Part shown: positions 18,472 through 27,950 of the stretch, in pieces
Layout of the letters: each line of letters opens with the position of its first letter
Position numbering within the stretch: the stretch's first letter is position 1
DNA from: an uncultured Pseudomonas sp.
GTDB lineage: Bacteria; Pseudomonadota; Gammaproteobacteria; Pseudomonadales; Pseudomonadaceae
DNA length: 64,000 nucleotides
Direction of reading: 5' to 3'
Assembly (NCBI GenBank): GCA_963529135.1
Contig: CAURYQ010000003.1
Location: forward strand, 19,827-83,826
The notes under the pieces: generated by a model
What the model saw: the letters and a program-made list of their open reading frames with translations, nothing else
The model's database searches: none
What the model was told of the DNA's origin: nothing
Program-made: the position numbers and the translations under genes

Positions 18472-19229
18472 GCCTGACCATCGATAGGGTCTCGGTAGCC
18501 TACGGCACTCGGCAGATACTGCACGACGTGAGCCTGCCCCCATTGCCTGCTGGCAGCCTTGTAGCGCTGGTGGGGCCCAATGGTGCAGGCAAGTCCACCC
18601 TGCTCAGGGCGCTGGCGGGCCTTGAACGCATGCGTGGCGGCTTGAGCCTGGATGGCCAGGACGTCACCCGCCTGGCTTTTGCCGAACGTTCGCGGCGGCT
18701 GGCCTACATGCCCCAGCAGCTACCCCCCGGCATAGCCCTGGGCGTGCTGGAAAGCATCATGGCCGCCTTGCGCGTCGGCAACGCGCACGACCTGCTCGGC
18801 CAGGCCTTCGAGGCCCTGCGTCAGCTCGGTATCGAGCACCTCGCCCAGCGCTCGCTGGACAGCTTGTCCGGTGGGCAGCGCCAATTGGTGGCATTGGCCC
18901 AGTTGCTGGCGCGCAACCCACAGGTGCTGCTGCTCGACGAGCCCACCAGCGCCCTTGATCTGCACTATCAGCTGCGGGTCATGGACGCCGTTCGTGAACG
19001 CGTGCACATGCATCGCCTGCTGGCAGTCGCGGTGCTGCACGACATCAACCTGGCCGCCAGCCATGCCGATTGGCTGGTGGTGCTGCGCGAGGGCAGGGTG
19101 GTCGCCAGTGGGGCGCCGCAGGAGGTGTTGATGCCTGACTTGCTGGCTGATGTGTATGGCGTGCAGGCCCGGGTGGAGCGCTGTTCCGAAGGGCGCCTGC
19201 AGGTTCTGGTCGACCGCGCTCTGGCCTGA
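18468..19229 (+). CDS. ABC transporter ATP-binding protein (FecE/FepC-like)
   Basis: Walker A GPNGAGKST, signature LSGGQRQ, Walker B LLLDEPTS. Confidence 0.9.
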   Translation: MSLTIDRVSVAYGTRQILHDVSLPPLPAGSLVALVGPNGAGKSTLLRALAGLERMRGGLSLDGQDVTRLAFAERSRRLAYMPQQLPPGIALGVLESIMAALRVGNAHDLLGQAFEALRQLGIEHLAQRSLDSLSGGQRQLVALAQLLARNPQVLLLDEPTSALDLHYQLRVMDAVRERVHMHRLLAVAVLHDINLAASHADWLVVLREGRVVASGAPQEVLMPDLLADVYGVQARVERCSEGRLQVLVDRALA

Positions 19230-19240
19230 CGCCACTGTTG

Positions 19241-19267
19241 CCTGCCGCCTTCCGAGGAGGCGGCAGG
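19241..19267 (+). terminator. GC-rich hairpin after the ABC operon (no clear U-tract)
   Basis: CCTGCCGCCT (19241-19250) pairs with AGGCGGCAGG (19258-19267) across a 7-nt loop. Confidence 0.35.
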
Positions 19268-19578
19268 CGCAGCACACTCGTATGAAAAACAGAAGCGCCA
19301 TTCGAAGCCATGGCGCGTTTGGACACGCCAATCGCGACATTTGTCGCTTGCGCAAAAGCGCTGTCGTGATCGAACAGTTCCAAGGCGTTCTCGTGTAATT
19401 TCCCTCATCCCTGCGGGGCTTAAATGAAGCCCGACCCCCACCGGCATGTTGCCTTGTGATGCGCTGCAAAGATCAACAACAGAGCGCAAGCAACCTGTCG
19501 ACCTGAACTCTATCAAGGAGCTATTTTCGCCTACGCCTGCCCGTCCATCCTTGTGTCAGCAAAAAGAGAACAACATCA

Positions 19579-20970
19579 ATGAACACCGTGGGATCTGATG
19601 GCAACCTTGCACAAGGTTTCAAGCCACGTCATGTAACGATGCTGTCCATCGCCGGCATCATCGGCGCCGGACTTTTCGTCGGTTCGGGCCACGCCATTGC
19701 GGCAGCCGGCCCGGCTACCATAATTTCCTATTTCGTGGCCGGGACCTTGGTCGTCCTGGTCATGCGCATGCTCGGCGAAATGGCCGTTGCGCACCCTGAT
19801 ACCGGCTCGTTCTCCACCTACGCCGACCAGGCCATCGGCCGCTGGGCCGGCTACACCATCGGCTGGTTGTACTGGTGGTTCTGGGTGCTGGTCATCCCCA
19901 TCGAAGCCCTGGCGGCCGGGCATGTGCTCAACGCCTGGTTCCCGCAGATAGACAGCTGGATATTCGCCCTGGCCTCGGTGCTGCTCTTGGCAGGTACCAA
20001 CCTGTTCAGCGTGGCCAAGTACGGTGAGTTCGAGTTCTGGTTCGCCATCCTGAAGGTGACGGCGATCCTTGCCTTCATCAGCTTGGGCTTCGCGGCGCTG
20101 ATGGGGTGGTTGCCCAACCGCGAGGTCAGCGGCCTCAGCGGGCTGATTGCCGACCATGGCGGCTTCGCGCCCAAGGGCTGGGCTGCGGTGGTGGGCGCCT
20201 TCATCACCGTGATGTTCAGTTTCATCGGCACCGAAGCGGTGACCATTGCTGCCTCGGAGTCCAGCGACCCTTCGCGCAACATTGCCAAAGCTACCCGTTC
20301 GGTGATCTGGCGCATCAGTACCTTCTACATCCTCTCCATCTTCGTGATCATTTCCGTGGTGCCGTGGAACGACCCGCAGTTGGCCGTGGTGGGTTCGTAT
20401 CAGCGTGCGCTGGAAATCATGAACATCCCCAACGCGGCCTTGCTGGTCGACCTGGTGGTGCTGGTGGCGGTCACCAGTTGCATGAACTCCTCGATCTACA
20501 TTGCCTCGCGCATGATGTATTCGCTGGCCAAGCGCGGCGATGCACCGGCAATGCTGAAACACACATCCAAGGTAGGCGTGCCACGCGCGGCGGTCTTCGG
20601 CAGCACGCTGATCGGTGCGTCCATCGCCGTACTCAACTACTTCGCACCCAAGGGCGTGTTCGAGTTCCTGCTGGCAAGCTCCGGTGCCATCGCGCTGCTG
20701 GTGTACATGGTCATCGCCATCTCCCAGCTGCGCATGCGCCGCCGTCTTGAGCGGGAGAATACCGAGCTCAAGTTCCGCATGTGGCTGTTCCCCTGGTTGA
20801 CCTGGGCGGTGATCATCTTCATTGCCCTGGCCTTGGCGGTGATGATGTACACGCCCGAGCACCGGGCGGAGGTGAGCGCCACGCTGGGGCTTGCGATCAT
20901 GATTTCCTTCCTGGGGATCGTGACGACACGCGGTCATGCGCAGCCGGTGGGGGCGCGGTCGTTGGGTTGA
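19579..20970 (+). CDS. APC-family amino acid permease, GabP-like
   Basis: 12-TM APC architecture. N-terminal KPRHVTMLSIAGIIGAGLFVGSG and FSFIGTE motifs. Confidence 0.88.
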   Translation: MNTVGSDGNLAQGFKPRHVTMLSIAGIIGAGLFVGSGHAIAAAGPATIISYFVAGTLVVLVMRMLGEMAVAHPDTGSFSTYADQAIGRWAGYTIGWLYWWFWVLVIPIEALAAGHVLNAWFPQIDSWIFALASVLLLAGTNLFSVAKYGEFEFWFAILKVTAILAFISLGFAALMGWLPNREVSGLSGLIADHGGFAPKGWAAVVGAFITVMFSFIGTEAVTIAASESSDPSRNIAKATRSVIWRISTFYILSIFVIISVVPWNDPQLAVVGSYQRALEIMNIPNAALLVDLVVLVAVTSCMNSSIYIASRMMYSLAKRGDAPAMLKHTSKVGVPRAAVFGSTLIGASIAVLNYFAPKGVFEFLLASSGAIALLVYMVIAISQLRMRRRLERENTELKFRMWLFPWLTWAVIIFIALALAVMMYTPEHRAEVSATLGLAIMISFLGIVTTRGHAQPVGARSLG

Positions 20971-21004
20971 GGCGGGCCATCGTAAGACGCCCTGCTGAGG
21001 AAAG

Positions 21005-21035
21005 TGCCAGTCAGTAAAAGCTGACTGGCATTTTT
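21005..21035 (+). terminator. Rho-independent terminator of the permease gene
   Basis: TGCCAGTCAG (21005-21014) pairs with CTGACTGGCA (21021-21030) across a 6-nt loop and is followed by TTTTT. Confidence 0.8.
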
Positions 21036-21244
21036 CATTTTTCGAGTCGGCTGTTTTGCTAGCCCCAGCTTTATCCCCCTCCTTAACCCGCGATCAAACC
21101 GCCGACGGCTAGGACGACAGGACCTGTCACTGGCACTGCTCTCTCCGCGATTACCAGTGATACATCATGTTCAGCGAATGGAAACTACTCAGGTTCACCA
21201 GGGGCTATTGAACCTTGGCCGCATGAATCGATAGAGCTTTTTTA

Positions 21245-21267
21245 GTTAGAAAAAATTTTTTTATGAT
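21245..21267 (+). promoter_or_regulatory. Copy 1 of a shared AT-rich motif, GTTAGAAAAAATTTTTTTATGAT
   Basis: 20/23 identical to 53115-53137. Related TGTTAG(A) cores occur at 39545, 45495 and (reverse strand) 33925. Confidence 0.3.
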
Positions 21268-21860
21268 CCCTCACAGCCGTTGAGCTGCGCGGACTGGAAC
21301 GATTGTTCAGCAAATGATGTCACATTGCTGGTATCGCATACCCGTAGCCGTTTGAGAGAAAATCGCGCCCCCTTTGGCCTGTCGGTTTCGAATTCTACGA
21401 CGTTCTCAGTAGTGTCAAGCCGCGAGAAACCGGGCGTTTTGCGGTAACGAACGTATACACAACGGCGGCATCCAGAGATGCTGCATCACGCTGAGGCGTC
21501 GACTCGGCGAATGTCATGGAGGGCATACAGAGCGTGTAAGGGGGTCCAGCCCTAAGGTTCCTCAAATTACGCCATATCTAGATGAGCTGCAGCTGACGAA
21601 GCTTTGGCGTGAAAAATCGCCTGAAGATTGATGGTGCTGAACCATCAAAAAAATACTCAGAAATTCATTTTTTGAATGATGCGGTTCAGAACTGTGTTGA
21701 TCGTAGCTTGCGCTTTTAAAACGGGTGAGGCCTCGTGGCTGGGGCCGATGGCGGCTTTTTGACTATCGAAGGTTGCTTTGAGCTATCCATTTAAATGCGC
21801 TTACGAAAGGCATGAACTTCCGGCTCGAAAGCCGCGCGCTAGAAAATCTGTCGCTCTAGC

Positions 21861-21889
21861 TTGATATTTTTTGTTTCTGTCAAAATAAC
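21861..21889 (+). promoter_or_regulatory. Candidate sigma70 promoter for the icmM/L/K... operon
   Basis: TTGATA, a 17-nt spacer, then AATAAC, about 55 nt upstream of the ATG at 21943. Pattern match only. Confidence 0.25.
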
Positions 21890-21942
21890 GCTGTTGCGTA
21901 TTTCTAAGTTTTGAATGAAAATGCCGCCTCATGGAGTGAGAT

Positions 21943-22209
21943 ATGGATCAGCTCGAATCAACCTCGACGGCATGGGGCGCTGGTGCCGGCGATGATGTGG
22001 ATGTGCGTGCGCTGCGACGCTACAACCGAATGCTTGCCATTTTGCTGGATGTTGGAGAGTGGGCCTGCCTAGCCCTCCTGCCTTGCGTGGCGGTCGCAGC
22101 GGTCTGGCTGGTAACGCAGACCAACTTTGAAAATGTCGTGTTCTATGACGGAACAGACTCGATTTGCATTTATGACGGAACGACAGGGGAAATCCGTAAT
22201 GTCGAGTAA
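21943..22209 (+). CDS. Small membrane protein in the position of IcmM/DotJ
   Basis: 88 aa with one TM (LALLPCVAVAAVWLV). GGAGTGAG RBS. Lies directly upstream of, and overlaps, the IcmL gene, as icmM does in Legionella. The assignment rests on position and size only. Confidence 0.45.
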   Translation: MDQLESTSTAWGAGAGDDVDVRALRRYNRMLAILLDVGEWACLALLPCVAVAAVWLVTQTNFENVVFYDGTDSICIYDGTTGEIRNVE

Positions 22210-22963
22210 GGAAACCCAGAACGGAGCCCCAGATGGAGAGCGTTCTGACGGCCAACGGGGCTCGGATGAGCAGAAGCTTCTCGAGTTGGCGCTTGACGAA
22301 ACACCAGGTGAAGCCGCTGCGACTGTTCGGGAAGTCAAACGGCTGCAACTGGAGTGCCTTGACCTCAAGCGCCGTAACAAGCGTGTATGGGGTCAGCTAC
22401 TGGCGCTCACATGCGTGTTCGGAATCACCCTTGCGGCTGTGGTTTTCCTTTATCCGAAATACCGTTGGATCCCTACCACCGACAACCACGCTATCTGTGA
22501 GGTTTCGACCGAGGCCAACCCGCGGGTAACGCCGGCTACATTGGCTGAGTTCGCCAAGGATGCCGTGGTCAATTCCTATTCGTACGATTACGTCAACTAC
22601 CGCTCTAACCTCAACGCTGCTGGCGCTCGTTGGTATACGGATGACGGACGCAAGGCCTTCCTCAAGACATTGGACGATTCAGGCAACCTGGAGCGAGTGC
22701 TCAAAGGCCGGATGATTTTGCGCGCCATGTCGACTCAGGTAGCACAGGTTGAGGAAAGCGGAGTGCTGGCCACCGGCCAGAACTATTGGCTGGTGCAAGT
22801 ACCGATCGCCATTGAGTTTTATGTCGGCGGGGACCAACAGCCGCGCTCACGTCAAGACTTCCTGGCTGCGGTAACCATTGTCCAGATACCAGCCTCGGCT
22901 ACCAATACCAAGGGCATCGCCGTCGATTCTGTTCAGCTGTCGCCGTACATTCCAAGGAAGTGA
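22199..22963 (+). CDS. icmL: IcmL/DotI (IncI TraM) family T4BSS inner-membrane protein
   Basis: One TM, then a periplasmic domain with the family pattern ...AVVNSYSYDYVNYRSNLNAAGARWYTDDGRKAFLKTLDDSGNLERV...NYWLVQVPIAIEFY. Confidence 0.8.
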   Translation: MSSKETQNGAPDGERSDGQRGSDEQKLLELALDETPGEAAATVREVKRLQLECLDLKRRNKRVWGQLLALTCVFGITLAAVVFLYPKYRWIPTTDNHAICEVSTEANPRVTPATLAEFAKDAVVNSYSYDYVNYRSNLNAAGARWYTDDGRKAFLKTLDDSGNLERVLKGRMILRAMSTQVAQVEESGVLATGQNYWLVQVPIAIEFYVGGDQQPRSRQDFLAAVTIVQIPASATNTKGIAVDSVQLSPYIPRK

Positions 22964-22965
22964 CC

Positions 22966-23979
22966 ATGAAGAAGCATCTGATCGCATCGTTGCTTGCGAG
23001 CGCTATCGCCGTCCCAGCGTTCGCTGACGAGCCGCAAACTGCAGCGCCTGCTGGCGATCCAGCCCGGCAGGCACAGGCGATGCAGGACAGCGACGCGCCG
23101 CCGCAACCGCCCGCCAATGGTCTGGGCCGGCAGGTGTCGGGAGTAGCTCAAGTGGTCTACCCACGTCCGGAGGACGTAATCAGCGAAACCGTGCAGGATG
23201 TGCGCGACTCTCAGTTGACTCCGGCGCAGCTGGAGTTGATCAAGACATTGTGGCTTGAGCGGGAAAAGCAGAAAGCCAATGCCTACGTCAGCCCCGCCAA
23301 ACCGGTGACGCGAACCTTGGCTTTGAACCTGGATCCAGGTGTTTCACCGCCCATCGTGCGCCTGAGCAAGGGTCAGCAATCTTCGATCGTCTTTTCGGAC
23401 TACGCCGGTCAGCCCTGGATGATCCAGAACGTCTCGATCAATCGCGAGCTGTTCAGGGACGGGCGTGAGCGCGGTAGCCAGAATGGTCAGGACGGCACCG
23501 CAGTACCGACCAATATATTGACACTCGACCCCGCCACTGCAGCGGCCTATGGCAACGTAACCGTGACGTTGAGAGGGCTGGCTACGCCGATCATCTTGAT
23601 TCTGGCGGCCGGTCAGGATGAAGTGGACATGCGTGTAGATGCCAAGGTACCTGGCCGCAATCCCGATGCGGTCGCCAGGATCTCGCTCTTGCAGATGCCG
23701 AGCATTGACGACTCGCTTGCCTACTTCCTCGACGGTGTTCCACCGAAGGAGGCGCAGCGCCTGAAAGTGACTGGGTTGGACGGCGTGGAGGCCTGGCGTT
23801 ACGGCCCGAACATGTATGTGAAAGCCAAGGCTGACGCTCAGTACCCTGCCTACACCAATGCTGCGCGTAGCACCACAGGGGTCGCTGTATACCGCTACGC
23901 CGGTCTGCAGAACAGCGTCACGTTCACCACCGGCGGGCAAGCCGTGACTGTCTTCATCGAGCAAGGGAATGTGCAATGA
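22966..23979 (+). CDS. icmK: IcmK/DotH (IncI TraN) outer-membrane core-complex protein
   Basis: Signal peptide MKKHLIASLLASAIAVPAFA. Conserved block PPIVRLSKGQQSSIVFSDYAGQPWMIQNVS. Position between icmL and icmE. Confidence 0.85.
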   Translation: MKKHLIASLLASAIAVPAFADEPQTAAPAGDPARQAQAMQDSDAPPQPPANGLGRQVSGVAQVVYPRPEDVISETVQDVRDSQLTPAQLELIKTLWLEREKQKANAYVSPAKPVTRTLALNLDPGVSPPIVRLSKGQQSSIVFSDYAGQPWMIQNVSINRELFRDGRERGSQNGQDGTAVPTNILTLDPATAAAYGNVTVTLRGLATPIILILAAGQDEVDMRVDAKVPGRNPDAVARISLLQMPSIDDSLAYFLDGVPPKEAQRLKVTGLDGVEAWRYGPNMYVKAKADAQYPAYTNAARSTTGVAVYRYAGLQNSVTFTTGGQAVTVFIEQGNVQ

Positions 23980-25406
23980 GCGATAACAGAACACCGCCAA
24001 GTGACGCTGGCTTCGATGAAGAGCATGAGCCGCTGGTGGCCGACCGTGATGGTGCCCCAGGTGGAGGCGCCAAGGCGCGCAGATCCGATGAGATGCAACG
24101 CAACCTTCGAGCTGTTTTCGGCTCTGGAGTAGGCAAGGTCTCGTTGATCGCCGCCGCTCTGGTCATCGTGGCCCTCGCTGCCATGGCCTACAACGGCATG
24201 ACCTCCAAAGACACGCCGACTGGCAAGGCATCTACCGTGGATGTGCCTCGAGCGCCGCAGCCTGAGGTATCGGTCGAGCCCATCTCAGCGGCCGAAGCGG
24301 AGCGTCGCGCCCAACGTAGTTCGCTGGAAGCCGAGCAGGCAGCCGAGCGAGGAGCCTCTTATCAGCCAGGTTTCGATCCGAACATCGTGGTCAACGACAG
24401 CCCACGCAGCCGTGGCCAGAACGCGCAGTTCAATGTACCTGGGCAGCCCTACGAGCAAGGCTCGGCGGAATTGCCGAATACGAACTTCGGCGGACAGGCC
24501 AACAACCAGTTCTACCCAGGCAACACCCCGAACGCGAGTGCCGCAGCTGTCAGTGCCCAGAATGATGAGCAGGAGCGTCGTCGGATAGAGCAAGAATTGA
24601 AGAAGGCAGAGCAGGAGCGCGATGCCTACGTGAACGAGCTGCGTGCAGAAACTCTCAAGTCGATCAAACAGATGATGGGCGAGTCGGAGAAGGCCAAGGG
24701 CTTTGCTGACAGAACGAGCTTCAGCACGGTCAGCTACTACCCCGTGCCGCGTAACGGCGGGGAGCAAGCAGGCGCTGCGCAGCGTGCCGTCAAGGAAGAA
24801 AAAGACCCTAACAGCATCGAAGCTGTGGGTGACACCGATCGTGAGCTACTGATCAAGACCGGTACCATCATGTACGCAACGCTGGATGCGGAGGTCAACA
24901 CCGACGATGGTGGCGATGTGTTGGCCACTGTACGTGGTGGCAAGTGGAACGGGTCCAAGCTCATCGGCAAGATCGAGCAAGCACCGGACAACATTCGCGT
25001 CAAGTTCACCATTCTCGCTCCGCCTGCGAACGATACACGTCCTACCATGCGCATCAGCGCAGTGGCATTGCGTGAGGACGACGCCAAGCAGGGCATCGCC
25101 GAAACCAAGGACCATCACACCATGGAGCGTTATTTCGCCCTTGGCGCCGCTTCGCTTCTCTCCGGTTACGGGCGTGCCTATCAGCAAACGGCAGGGACAA
25201 CCATCATCAGCCCAAGCGGTGTGGTGGCTCAGACCACTACCGAGCCGTCGACCAAGCAAGTGATCGGTACATCCGTAGGCGAGCTGGGTTCCTCGATCGC
25301 CTCGGAAGTGCGTCGCGGCTTCAACCGTCCGGCCACCTATGCCACCCCGGCGAACAAGGGCTTTGGCCTGTTCTTCCTGCAAGACGTTCACGATCAATCT
25401 CGATAA
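23976..25406 (+). CDS. icmE: IcmE/DotG (IncI TraO), VirB10-like core-complex protein
   Basis: N-terminal TM, Gln/Asn/Pro-rich linker and a C-terminal TrbI/VirB10 domain (KTGTIMYATLDAEVNTDDGG...KFTILAP...GFGLFFLQDV). ATGA overlap with icmK. Confidence 0.85.
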   Translation: MSDNRTPPSDAGFDEEHEPLVADRDGAPGGGAKARRSDEMQRNLRAVFGSGVGKVSLIAAALVIVALAAMAYNGMTSKDTPTGKASTVDVPRAPQPEVSVEPISAAEAERRAQRSSLEAEQAAERGASYQPGFDPNIVVNDSPRSRGQNAQFNVPGQPYEQGSAELPNTNFGGQANNQFYPGNTPNASAAAVSAQNDEQERRRIEQELKKAEQERDAYVNELRAETLKSIKQMMGESEKAKGFADRTSFSTVSYYPVPRNGGEQAGAAQRAVKEEKDPNSIEAVGDTDRELLIKTGTIMYATLDAEVNTDDGGDVLATVRGGKWNGSKLIGKIEQAPDNIRVKFTILAPPANDTRPTMRISAVALREDDAKQGIAETKDHHTMERYFALGAASLLSGYGRAYQQTAGTTIISPSGVVAQTTTEPSTKQVIGTSVGELGSSIASEVRRGFNRPATYATPANKGFGLFFLQDVHDQSR

Positions 25407-25416
25407 GGAGTTCGAC

Positions 25417-26052
25417 ATGAAGAACTGGTCGTTCGGAAAACTCATCGGCGTGTTCGCCGGCAGCTTCGTGGCGCTCATCGTGATTGCCGTGGTTGTGCTC
25501 AAGGCGACCTCATCGCCAACCGCCAAGACCAAACGTGTGGCTCAGGTGCAGGCGCAGCAGGCACAACCGGCTCGCATGGACGTGTTGAGCATCGAGCTGG
25601 CCAAGTCCAAAGAGCAGGCACAGGCGGCACTGCAGGCCCAGCAGAACAGTGAGAAACAGCTGGCAATCATCCGCCAAGAGTCACAGCGTAATACACAACT
25701 GCTACTTGAGCGCATCCAGCAGATGGACACGAAGTTTGCGCAACTGGACCTGCGCATGGATCACTTCGAGCAGAGCCGTCAGCGCGTGGAGATCATCAAG
25801 CCACCGCGCAAGCCTGTGACCCCTGCCGTACAACCTGTGCGTACGCAAGCCCATGTCAGCAGAGCCAATGCTATGCCGTCCTCTAGCGGTTACAAGGTGC
25901 AGGCAGTGGTTGGGCATCGCGCCTGGGTGCAGAACGGTGACGGTGAAGACAGTGTGAAGGCTGGCGACAAGCTTCCACCTGCTCAGCGGGAACTGAAGGT
26001 GCTGAAGATCGATAGCAACAGCGGCATCGTGGTCACGTCACCCGCTCTATAA
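25417..26052 (+). CDS. icmG: IcmG/DotF (IncI TraP)-like core-complex protein
   Basis: One TM, a Gln-rich coiled coil and a C-terminal YKVQAVVGHRAWVQNGDG...VLKIDSNSGIVVTS block like the IcmG C-terminus. AAGGAG RBS. Confidence 0.72.
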   Translation: MKNWSFGKLIGVFAGSFVALIVIAVVVLKATSSPTAKTKRVAQVQAQQAQPARMDVLSIELAKSKEQAQAALQAQQNSEKQLAIIRQESQRNTQLLLERIQQMDTKFAQLDLRMDHFEQSRQRVEIIKPPRKPVTPAVQPVRTQAHVSRANAMPSSSGYKVQAVVGHRAWVQNGDGEDSVKAGDKLPPAQRELKVLKIDSNSGIVVTSPAL

Positions 26053-26066
26053 CCAGGGAAGTTCTC

Positions 26067-26651
26067 ATGGCAGCCGGATATGCCGACCTCGTAGAGGTCA
26101 TGGTCAACATCGGGAAAGTAGTCCCGACGGCCATCATGATGTGCCAGGGTATTGCCGCATTGATCGGCCTTTACCTCACGTCCGCCGCATTGGTGGAGAT
26201 ATGGGGCGTCACCCATGACAACGCGCTGAAATACGTCGCCGGGCGACAGCGTTTCTCGGTCGGCTCAGCCTGCGTGCAGTTGCTCATAGGTTCGATACTG
26301 CTGGCCATCGGTACCCTGGAATGGATGGGAATCATGTCGCGCACGCTGACCGGCGACTATGCCAATTCGCGCATGTTGTCCTATTCCGCGTCAGGGACCA
26401 CGTTGCAGGAACAGGCGCAGCTGGCAACGTTGGCATTGCTGGGCATCATGCAAATCGTGGGCTTCATCGCCATGGTCAAGGGCTGGCTGACTGTAAACGG
26501 TTACTTCAACAATCAGACCCAAGCCGGTTTGGGGACCGCTTTCGGATGGATCATCGGCGGCATCCTGGCATGGAACTTCAAATGGTTCAGCGACGTACTC
26601 AACAACACAATCGGATTCAATCTGGTTGGACTTTTCACGCCGTGGTCGTAA
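26067..26651 (+). CDS. icmC: IcmC/DotE (IncI TraQ)-like polytopic membrane protein
   Basis: 194 aa with 4 TM helices. Conserved position after icmG. Confidence 0.55.
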   Translation: MAAGYADLVEVMVNIGKVVPTAIMMCQGIAALIGLYLTSAALVEIWGVTHDNALKYVAGRQRFSVGSACVQLLIGSILLAIGTLEWMGIMSRTLTGDYANSRMLSYSASGTTLQEQAQLATLALLGIMQIVGFIAMVKGWLTVNGYFNNQTQAGLGTAFGWIIGGILAWNFKWFSDVLNNTIGFNLVGLFTPWS

Positions 26652-26686
26652 CGGCTTCTCAAAATGAAACTCAAGGAGCGTCACTC

Positions 26687-27067
26687 ATGAAAGCACTCGG
26701 AACCCTGAAAGCTGCTTACGATTCGGTCAAGGTCCGCGCAACTACCGCTGTTATCGGTGCCTTGGCGGCACCTTCGGCCTTTGCCATCACTAAGACTGAC
26801 TTGACCCAGGATACTTCGGGTGGCAAGACCGCCAGCGACGTGATGTCCAACATCGATGACACGGCCCAAGGTGGTGCCACGCTCCTGATTTCCCTGGTCT
26901 CCATTGGGGGCTTCGTGGTGGTGGCCATGTCGCTGTATACCCTGTGGAAAGCTTCCAAGGATGAGCGTGAGAAGCCGCTGTCGGCAATCGTCGGCCTATT
27001 TATCGGCGGTTTGATGGCTGGCGTGGGTACCGTCATGTGGATCATGCGCAATACCACCGTCGGCTAA
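26687..27067 (+). CDS. icmD: IcmD/DotP (IncI TraR)-like small membrane protein
   Basis: 126 aa with a signal-like N-terminus and 2 C-terminal TM helices. AAGGAG RBS. Conserved position after icmC. Confidence 0.55.
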   Translation: MKALGTLKAAYDSVKVRATTAVIGALAAPSAFAITKTDLTQDTSGGKTASDVMSNIDDTAQGGATLLISLVSIGGFVVVAMSLYTLWKASKDEREKPLSAIVGLFIGGLMAGVGTVMWIMRNTTVG

Positions 27068-27101
27068 ACCTTTGCATCAAAGGCTACAAAAGCGGGGCGC
27101 A

Positions 27102-27887
27102 ATGCCCCGCGTTCTAAGGACAACCCCGGGGCAACCAGGCGTGAGTGCAAAACCCTCTTCCGAACACAGGGCAGTCGATGTCCCGACCCAGGCGGCTGGC
27201 TACGTCAGCCGCAGTGCCAATCAGCCAGTGTTCGGCGTGCGTCGTCCGCTGTGGCGTTCCGATGACGACCAGCGCACATTGATGAGCCCGGTACACGACA
27301 AGCTGCGCACCAGTGTGCTGCAGCGAGACAACTACACCTGTCGGTTTTGCGCCTTCAAGTCTGCCAAGTTTCAGGAAATTCACGCGCTGGACGGGAATCC
27401 GGAGAACTGTACTAAGGAGAACCTGATCACAGCCTGCAATCTGTGCCGACAGGTTCATCACCTGGGTGCCTGCGCCATGAATGGCACAGGCTTCTTTGTC
27501 GCCGTGCAGGAATTGACGCAGACGGAAATCAACAACATTGCCCGTGCCATCTATGTAGCTGAGTTGCTGGGCGATGACGAGACCAACGCGAAGCTGACCA
27601 GCCTGCTGGCTGCGTTCAGGTTTCGCGGCAGCGATACGCTCAAGCAAGTATTCGAAGGCGAGGTGATAACCGTCCTGGCGGTAGCAGAAACCTTGGCCAG
27701 CAAGACCTTGGTAAGCGACGAAGAATACACCAGGCGTGCCCAATGGCTGGCCCCACTGCGGCTCTTCCCCACGAAGCAGGCATTCAAACAGGGCCAGCTC
27801 GACTATTACGCGGCCAACAATCGCACCCTGTTTTCACCGGACAACTGGGCGGCTCAGGCCGACCTGCTCATGAAGAATTTCGTTTGA
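27102..27887 (+). CDS. icmJ: IcmJ/DotN (IncI TraT)-like zinc-binding coupling-complex subunit
   Basis: QRDNYTCRFCAF ... ENLITACNLCRQVHHLG Cys4-type motif as in DotN. Position before icmB. Start uncertain (27072 TTG, 27102 ATG or 27141 GTG). Confidence 0.65.
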   Translation: MPRVLRTTPGQPGVSAKPSSEHRAVDVPTQAAGYVSRSANQPVFGVRRPLWRSDDDQRTLMSPVHDKLRTSVLQRDNYTCRFCAFKSAKFQEIHALDGNPENCTKENLITACNLCRQVHHLGACAMNGTGFFVAVQELTQTEINNIARAIYVAELLGDDETNAKLTSLLAAFRFRGSDTLKQVFEGEVITVLAVAETLASKTLVSDEEYTRRAQWLAPLRLFPTKQAFKQGQLDYYAANNRTLFSPDNWAAQADLLMKNFV

Positions 27888-27950
27888 TGCACCATTTCGC
27901 AGTACTGACCAGCTTCGCCGTTGAGACAGTCATCCAGGGAGAACAAGGAC

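Noticed and set aside
17257-18543. 428-aa ORF antisense to the FecCD permease
   Set aside because: Shadow ORF. The plus-strand frame encodes a canonical multi-TM permease.
19576-20937. 453-aa ORF antisense to the GabP-like permease
   Set aside because: Shadow ORF that is extremely His/Gly/Asp/Arg-rich. The plus-strand frame has 12 TM helices and APC motifs.
21381-21400. GGTTTCGAATTC resembling a tRNA T-loop (possible tRNA 3' fragment or att site)
   Set aside because: The flanking bases cannot form a T-stem or an acceptor stem, and there is no CCA-proximal discriminator context.
21629-21656. Hairpin TGATGG-N-CCATCA followed by an A-run
   Set aside because: The stem is only 6 bp. The run is A rather than T on the plus strand, and on the minus strand it lies on the wrong side. 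It is not a credible terminator.
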